Source: Desulfosudaceae bacterium
GTDB lineage: Bacteria > Desulfobacterota > Desulfobacteria > Desulfobacterales > Desulfosudaceae
Direction: 5' to 3'
Assembly: GCA_963674745.2 (NCBI GenBank)
Contig: CAXXDV010000003.1
Span: forward strand, 2,432,001-2,496,000
Length of the DNA stretch: 64,000 bases
Positions within the stretch are counted from its first letter, which is position 1. Each line of letters begins with the position of its first letter. This document shows positions 58,169 to 64,000 of the stretch, in pieces. The notes below the pieces were generated by a model. That model worked only from the letters and a program-made list of their open reading frames with translations, was not told the origin of the DNA and searched no databases. A program made the position numbers and the translations under genes.

Positions 58169-60565
58169 ATGGCTTTAGAAAAAAAACATGTCGTCTGCAG
58201 CATGTGTGATCAGGCCTGCAGCCTGGAAGCCCATGTCAGGGACGGACGATTGGAAAAACTACGCGGGTTTTCAGACCACCTGATGATGCCCAAAACCATT
58301 TGCTGCAAACCGGTCTATGCCGCTGAATGGTATTACAATGAACACCGCCTGAAATATCCCTTGAAACGAACCGGAGAAAGAGGCAGCGGCCAGTGGACCC
58401 GCATCAGCTGGGACCAGGCCATGGATGAAATCGCGGCAAAGCTTCAAAAGGTGGTTGATCAACATGGGCCGGAAGCTTTTGCCTGCTCCACCTCGGATCA
58501 TAATCTCCAGATGGGCAGCGGCATGGTCCGGCGGTTCATGAACCTTTTGGGAAGCCCGAATTACATCAGCGGCGTAAGCCTTTGCCAGGGCAATACGGCT
58601 GCCGTCAACAGCATGACCTGCGGCGGTTATCCTTTTCCGGATTATGAACAGACCCGCTGTATGGTATTTTTCGGGCATAATCTCCGGCCGAATTCCTGGG
58701 CCGGCGAATACTATCGTCTGAAAGCGGCCAGGGCCAGAGGCGCCAGGCTGATTGTTCTGGACCCGAGAAAGAGTCATTGCGCTAAAATGGCCGACATTCA
58801 TCTGCCTTTGCGGGCAGGCACAGACGCGGCCATGTGCCTGGGCTGGATCAACGTTATTATTGAAGAAGAGCTGTACGAAAAGAAATTCGTATCCCGCTGG
58901 TGTGTGGGTTTTGATGAACTCAAAGAACGGGCCAAAGAATACCCGCTGGATCGGGTGTCCCAAATCACGGGGGTTCCCGCGAACCTGATCCGTGAGGCCG
59001 CCATCATGTATGCCACCAACACGCCGGCCATTATTCCCTGGACATGTGCTACCGACCAGCAGCTGAACAGCACTTCCGCCCTGCGCTGCCAGGCCATACT
59101 GCGGGCATTGACCAACAGCCTGAATGTTCCCGGAGGGGACGTCCTGGTCGACCCCAACAAGATGATCATATCCGAGTCGGAACTGGAACTCCACGAACGG
59201 CTGCCCCAGGAAAAAAAAGACCTGCAGCTGGGGGCAAAGGATTATCCGGTCATGACCTATTGGGGGCAGCAGGCCTTAAACGAGCCCCGGCGCAGGGTAT
59301 GGGGCCATCCCTACCGGAACCTGATGAAAGGCATGTACATGGCCCACCCTCCGGCTGTATTTAAAGCCATGCGGGAGGGCGTTCCCTACCCGGTAAAAGC
59401 CCTTTTCTCCATCGCCAACAACACCCTCATGTGCTACACCAACCAGCAGGGCATTTTCGAGGCCATTAAGAATCTTGACCTGTTTGTGGTCAATGACCTG
59501 TTCATGACGCCCACCGCCCAAATGGCCGACTACGTGCTTCCAGGCGACTGTTTTCTGGAACGGCCTGTCCTGTACAATTATCAGGAGTGGCTCAGTACCT
59601 ATTCGAGTTTCGAAAAAGCCGTTGAACCACCCGGTGAGTGCAGGGATGTGTATTATTTCCTGCGCGAACTGGCCGTGCGTATGGGCATGGAAGAACACTT
59701 CCCCTGGAAGAACGTTGAAGAACTTTACGAATGCCGGATCTCCGGGACCGGGCTTACCTGGAAGGCGCTTTCAAAAAACCTTCCTTTTCTAACGGCACCC
59801 GCTCCTCCAATGCCTCCCGGCGCAATGAAGCTTACCCTGAAACTCTTTTCCAAAATGGGCCTTTTGCCGTTATTAAGAAACGGTATGACTTCCATGTTGC
59901 GCCAACACCAGAAAACCCGGGAGTTTTTTGAACGCCGCGGCATGAAACGTATGGCCCGCCTTTTCAGGGATAATTTTGTGCTCGTTCCCTACCCGCACGA
60001 AAAACGGGGCTTTGCCACCCCCAGCGGGAAAGTGGAGCTGTATTCCAGTGTTTTGGAATCCATTGGCTGCGACCCGCTTCCCTACTGGAAGGAGATTTAT
60101 CCCCCGGACGAAAACCCGTCGGAAGAAGAATATCCGCTCCGCCTTTTTGTCGGCCTGCGTGAAGATGGATATTTTCTCTCTGCCGGACGCCATGTCAAAA
60201 AACTGCGCCAACGCAACCCCGAACCACAGGCCATGATGAATACCCAAACCGCCCGAAAATCCGGCATCAATGATGGTGACTGGATTTATGTGGAAACCGA
60301 CTGGGGCAGGACAAAAATGAAAGCACAGCTGAGCGAGGACATACAAAAGGACCTGGTCGGGGTCCGCCACGGATGGTGGAAGCCGGAAATGGCCCCTGGC
60401 ACCCCTGAACTCTGCGGGGCCTGGGATTACTCGGACGGCGTCCTGCTAAACGATGATCCGGCGTTTTTTGACCCGGAACAGGGCCTGCCCGACCTGCGCG
60501 GCGCCAGGAAGTGCCGGGTAATGCCGATGGAAAATTTGCCTGAAAAAGAGGAACAGCAGGCGTAA
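58169..60565 (+). CDS. Mo/W-bis-PGD enzyme, acetylene hydratase-like
   Basis: KKHVVCSMCDQAC 4Fe-4S motif with adjacent Asp, RRFMNLLGSPN, LCQGNTA, ATPSGKVELYSS, GLRED, DPEQGLPDLRG. No Tat signal. Confidence 0.88.
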   Translation: MALEKKHVVCSMCDQACSLEAHVRDGRLEKLRGFSDHLMMPKTICCKPVYAAEWYYNEHRLKYPLKRTGERGSGQWTRISWDQAMDEIAAKLQKVVDQHGPEAFACSTSDHNLQMGSGMVRRFMNLLGSPNYISGVSLCQGNTAAVNSMTCGGYPFPDYEQTRCMVFFGHNLRPNSWAGEYYRLKAARARGARLIVLDPRKSHCAKMADIHLPLRAGTDAAMCLGWINVIIEEELYEKKFVSRWCVGFDELKERAKEYPLDRVSQITGVPANLIREAAIMYATNTPAIIPWTCATDQQLNSTSALRCQAILRALTNSLNVPGGDVLVDPNKMIISESELELHERLPQEKKDLQLGAKDYPVMTYWGQQALNEPRRRVWGHPYRNLMKGMYMAHPPAVFKAMREGVPYPVKALFSIANNTLMCYTNQQGIFEAIKNLDLFVVNDLFMTPTAQMADYVLPGDCFLERPVLYNYQEWLSTYSSFEKAVEPPGECRDVYYFLRELAVRMGMEEHFPWKNVEELYECRISGTGLTWKALSKNLPFLTAPAPPMPPGAMKLTLKLFSKMGLLPLLRNGMTSMLRQHQKTREFFERRGMKRMARLFRDNFVLVPYPHEKRGFATPSGKVELYSSVLESIGCDPLPYWKEIYPPDENPSEEEYPLRLFVGLREDGYFLSAGRHVKKLRQRNPEPQAMMNTQTARKSGINDGDWIYVETDWGRTKMKAQLSEDIQKDLVGVRHGWWKPEMAPGTPELCGAWDYSDGVLLNDDPAFFDPEQGLPDLRGARKCRVMPMENLPEKEEQQA

Positions 60566-60585
60566 ACATTTTTTTGGAGGCGTCC

Positions 60586-61401
60586 ATGACCCAGCGCTTT
60601 AAAGATAAAACAACCATAATTACCGGCGCGTCTTCAGGGATTGGCGCGTCTGCCGCCAGGCAGTTTATCATAGAGGGTGCCAATGTTGCCCTTATTGCCC
60701 GCAACAAAGACAATCTTGATAAAATAGTTGAGCAAATGGGCAGTGAAAAGGCCATTGCCATTTCTGCGGACGTCACGGATCTTGATAAAATGTCAGCCGT
60801 TCTTCAACAGGTGAAAAAACATTTCGGCGCCATTCACATACTGGTCAATAACGCCGGCTTCAACTCCAGGGGTCCGATAGACACCCGGCCGCTGGATGAA
60901 GTGCTGCACATAGTTGACCTGAACTTAAGGTCACCGATAGCGCTTACCAGGCTTGTACTGCCGCTAATAAAAGAAGCCGGAGCCGGAGCCGTGGTAAATG
61001 TCGCTTCGCTGGCGGGTCGATATCCCCTGCCGGATGAGGCGACCTACAGTGCAACAAAATTCGGGTTAAGGGCCTTTACCTATGCCCTGGCAGAAGAAAA
61101 CAGGGGGACAGGGGTGACGGTTTCCGTTGTCTCTCCCGGCCCGGTAGATACAGGGTTTATTATGGAAGATATTGATGACGTTCCGGACCTTGTTTTTTCA
61201 CAACCCATGAGTTCCCCCGAACAGATCGCCGCTGCTATTCTGGATTGCGCCTGTGACGGGAAGGTGGAAAGGGCAATACCCAGGTTAAGCGGTTATTTAA
61301 CCACAGCAGGTTATCTCTTTCCCGGCCTTCAGCGAAAGTTAAGGCCTATATTAAAAAGGAAAGGGCGTAAAAACAAGTTGAGATATAAGGCCAGGGCTTA
61401 A
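60586..61401 (+). CDS. Short-chain dehydrogenase/reductase
   Basis: TGASSGIG, VNNAG, YSATK, SPGPVDT. Confidence 0.95.
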   Translation: MTQRFKDKTTIITGASSGIGASAARQFIIEGANVALIARNKDNLDKIVEQMGSEKAIAISADVTDLDKMSAVLQQVKKHFGAIHILVNNAGFNSRGPIDTRPLDEVLHIVDLNLRSPIALTRLVLPLIKEAGAGAVVNVASLAGRYPLPDEATYSATKFGLRAFTYALAEENRGTGVTVSVVSPGPVDTGFIMEDIDDVPDLVFSQPMSSPEQIAAAILDCACDGKVERAIPRLSGYLTTAGYLFPGLQRKLRPILKRKGRKNKLRYKARA

Positions 61402-61478
61402 TTATGGTTTACGTTGTTTGTTCAAATGCCCTTTCTTTTTAAACATTTACCCTTATCCTTTAAAAAAGTGTGGTTGAG

Positions 61479-61640
61479 TAATGAACGCAGACAGCCTTAA
61501 CGGGTTGGTGGCTATTTTGCCGACACCATTTACCGATGACGGTAAAATCGACGAAAACGGTTTAAAGCGACTGGTCAGAGCCGCCATTAAGAAACAGCTT
61601 GATGGTGTTGTCGTTCTGGGAAGTAATGTAGCGTTTCCCT
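61479..61640 (+). pseudogene. Duplicated 5' fragment (162 bp) of the DHDPS-family gene at 62343
   Basis: Near-identical to 62341-62502 (offset 862). The ORF stops at 61675. Confidence 0.9.
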
Positions 61641-61766
61641 TGGCGGAGCCGCAATACATATGGAACCCGCTGTGATGTCGGAACGACCAAGGAGAACGAA
61701 TATGATTGATTTTTGTAGTGGAAACAGCTATAAAGGCAATATGAAAAGGGTTTTACGGGGGTCGAC

Positions 61767-61955
61767 ATGAACATCAACAGAACAGTTAATAAATATAAGC
61801 TGGAAGAACAGCCCAGCGATTTCGCTTTCTGGCAAACCCGGCCATGCCAGGAACGAATTGCCGCTCTGGAAGAGATCCGCCGGGATTATCATGCCTGGAA
61901 ATACCATGTTGAGCCGGGATTTCATAGAGTTTATCGAATCGTTAAACAGTCATAG
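61767..61955 (+). CDS. Small protein, likely partner of the nucleotidyltransferase (TA-like pair)
   Basis: DFAFWQTRP.QERIAALEEIR; overlaps the start of the next gene. Confidence 0.65.
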   Translation: MNINRTVNKYKLEEQPSDFAFWQTRPCQERIAALEEIRRDYHAWKYHVEPGFHRVYRIVKQS

Positions 61956-62343
61956 CGTCCGTTATCTGGTGGTGGGCGGATATGCCGTGGCTTTTCACGG
62001 TTACCCCCGGTACACCAAGGATCTGGATGTCTGGATCGACCGGACCCCGGAGAACGCTGCTTGCCTTATGAAGGCGCTGACCGCCTTCGGGTTCGGCTCG
62101 GTTGGTCTCACAGTTGATGACTTTCTCCGGGAAGACTATGTCATTCAACTCGGATACCCGCCCAACCGTATCGACATCCTGACCAGCATCAAGGGGCTCG
62201 TGTTCGTTGAATGTTATGGCGCCGGAGTCCAGGAGGAAATCGGCGCTGTTACAGTCAACTTCATCGATATCGACAACCTGAAAAAAAACAAACAAGCCAG
62301 TGGCCGGCCCCAGGATCTGGCGGACATCGAAAATCTGAAATAA
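61906..62343 (+). CDS. Minimal nucleotidyltransferase-fold protein
   Basis: YLVVGGYAVAFHGYPRYTKDLD, C-terminal NKQASGRPQDLADIE. Confidence 0.85.
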   Translation: MLSRDFIEFIESLNSHSVRYLVVGGYAVAFHGYPRYTKDLDVWIDRTPENAACLMKALTAFGFGSVGLTVDDFLREDYVIQLGYPPNRIDILTSIKGLVFVECYGAGVQEEIGAVTVNFIDIDNLKKNKQASGRPQDLADIENLK

Positions 62344-63314
62344 TGAATGTAGATAGCCTTAACGGGTTGGTGGCTATTTTGCCGACACCATTTACCGATG
62401 ACGGTAAAATCGACGAAAACGGTTTAAAGCAACTGGTCAGAGCCGCCATTGAGAAGCAGCTTGATGGTGTTGTCGTTCTGGGAAGTAATGCAGAGTTTCC
62501 CTATCTCCGTTTTGAAGAAAAAATACAGGTCATGGAAATTGCCGCTTCGGCAGCAAACGGAAAAATCCCTGTTATTGGTACGGCATCGGCCTGGAGTACA
62601 GATCAGGCGATTGATCTTGCAAAAGAGGCAAAAGCAGCAGGCTGCGATGCGCTTATGGCGGCGTTACCCGTTTATTTCAACCTTGACTTGAAAAATGTTG
62701 TGCACCATTTTAAATCCCTCACCAAAGCAATGGACCTGCCCGTTTATTACTACCATTTTCCTGATGTAACCGGTTTGAAAATACGGCCAAAAGACCTTGC
62801 CCGGATTGCGGAAATCGATGGCATTGTCGGGACAAAACTGACCGTTATGAACCGCCCGTTTTTAAAGAAAACGATTGACGCCACACGGCCTTATGACTGG
62901 AAAGTGTTTACCGGGGCATCATTGCTTCTTTATGACTGTCTCGAATTTGGTGGTGCCGGTGTGTTTTGTCCGATACCGCTTGTCGGGACTGAGGATGTCA
63001 GGATGTTATGGGACGCTTTTTCCTCGGGTGATTATAAAAAAGCAAAACAGATTCAGAAGAAACTGCTCAAAACGATCCCCCTGTTCACCGGTTCTTCACT
63101 GCCACCTGCAATTCTATCTCTCGGCTTTCAGTTTATGGTTCGACTGCCTTTTTTATCGGGCAAAAGACCTTTTGCCACTCACGGGTTATTGAAAGAAGCT
63201 TTGAGATTGCAGGGATATCTGGCCAGCAACAAAGTGAGAAGACCCCATGTTGAAGTCAGTCAGGCAGAGCAAAAGCTTGTTGAAAAAACACTGGCGTCGT
63301 TTGGGTGGCTATAG
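62343..63314 (+). CDS. DHDPS/class I aldolase family protein
   Basis: PTPF, LGSNAEF, YYHFP, GTKLT (Schiff-base Lys). ATG overlaps the upstream TAA. Confidence 0.9.
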   Translation: MNVDSLNGLVAILPTPFTDDGKIDENGLKQLVRAAIEKQLDGVVVLGSNAEFPYLRFEEKIQVMEIAASAANGKIPVIGTASAWSTDQAIDLAKEAKAAGCDALMAALPVYFNLDLKNVVHHFKSLTKAMDLPVYYYHFPDVTGLKIRPKDLARIAEIDGIVGTKLTVMNRPFLKKTIDATRPYDWKVFTGASLLLYDCLEFGGAGVFCPIPLVGTEDVRMLWDAFSSGDYKKAKQIQKKLLKTIPLFTGSSLPPAILSLGFQFMVRLPFLSGKRPFATHGLLKEALRLQGYLASNKVRRPHVEVSQAEQKLVEKTLASFGWL

Positions 63315-63345
63315 GAAGGGGACCGGGTCGGGCCAGGCGAATACA

Positions 63346-64000
63346 TTATGGAATCGGCGATAATTTTTCAATATAATCAGAATTTAATTTATTAATGTCA
63401 TTACACCCGATCAATGCCATTACCCGTTCCATTTCTTCTTTCAAGATCGAAAGCGCCCTGTCTACCCCTTTTTCTCCCCCGGCGGCCAATCCATATAAAT
63501 AGGCCCTGCCAATCATGCAGGCATCGGCGCCCAGGGCGATCGCTTTAATAATATCAGACCCTCTGGTAATGCCGCCGTCAATCAGTATCTCGAGTTGATC
63601 CTTTACGGCCTCTTTTACCTTTGGTAAAAGTTCTAAAGCCGTGGGGGCGCCGTCCAGCTGCCGGCCGCCATGATTCGATAACACGATGCCGCTGGCACCG
63701 ATATCAACGGCCTTTTTTGCATCTTCTACCGATTGTATTCCTTTTAAAAGGAAGGGGCCGTCACCCCAGTAGTCTTTTATTTCTCTGGCATCTTTCCATG
63801 AAACAGACGGATCGTACTGGCCATTAATTGTATCAACTACTTTTTGCACATCACCGCCATGGGGTAAATACCCGGTCATATTTCCCATAACCAGTTTGGG
63901 AGATGTTAAAAACCGGAATAACCATTCTGGTCTTGCGAGAGAGGATAAAACCATGTTTATTTTTAAGCGGGGGGTTCCATGACCGTGATGAATATCACGT
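63346..64000 (-). CDS. FMN-dependent alpha-hydroxy acid dehydrogenase/oxidase (LldD-like), 5' part outside the window
   Basis: LKGI, SNHGGRQLD, DGGI..GSD..KA, GRAYLYGL. The frame is open to the window edge. Confidence 0.93.
   Translation of the reverse strand, partial: RDIHHGHGTPRLKINMVLSSLARPEWLFRFLTSPKLVMGNMTGYLPHGGDVQKVVDTINGQYDPSVSWKDAREIKDYWGDGPFLLKGIQSVEDAKKAVDIGASGIVLSNHGGRQLDGAPTALELLPKVKEAVKDQLEILIDGGITRGSDIIKAIALGADACMIGRAYLYGLAAGGEKGVDRALSILKEEMERVMALIGCNDINKLNSDYIEKLSPIP

Noticed and set aside
58271..59194. 307-aa antisense ORF
   Set aside because: Lies wholly opposite a well-supported gene and has no recognisable motifs.
62343..63314. Calling it dapA
   Set aside because: GSNAE and YHFP differ from the DapA GTTGE and YNVPxRT motifs, and there are no lysine pathway neighbours.

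Overview
A 64-kb chromosomal window from an anaerobic deltaproteobacterium, probably Desulfobacterales-like. This is inferred from the Geobacter-type pilin, the kds-lpt-rpoN-PTS(Ntr) block and the structured intergenic repeats. In order along the window: the 5' 6.3 kb of a giant secreted Ca-binding/RTX protein (missing from the ORF track) with a transglutaminase-like partner; rmlDBAC; lemA and two TPM genes; an orphan cheR; a TetR-controlled operon (ald, tandem-SCP2-like protein, FumI-like class III aminotransferase, split transketolase, second SCP2-like protein); amidase, mutS, a LapA-like gene and an HD/dGTPase gene; a pilR-pilA locus followed by GT-C/TPR glycosyltransferases and a VKOR-DsbA fusion; pyrBC, lepB and an M23 peptidase; kdsA-kdsC-lptCAB-rpoN-hpf-ptsN-rapZ-EIIA-rimI-gap-tpiA-secG-tRNA-Leu(GAG); an integrase-less array of segments bounded by copies of the tRNA 3' end (Fic, AAA-DUF4143); and an acetylene-hydratase-like Mo/W enzyme with an SDR and a DHDPS-family aldolase whose 5' end is duplicated around a nucleotidyltransferase module. 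The best candidate for an undescribed system is the 14.9-21.7 kb operon, which I infer catabolises sphingoid-type long-chain amino alcohols by transamination followed by transketolase cleavage. Family assignments come from motif recognition and recalled sequences; no database search was run.
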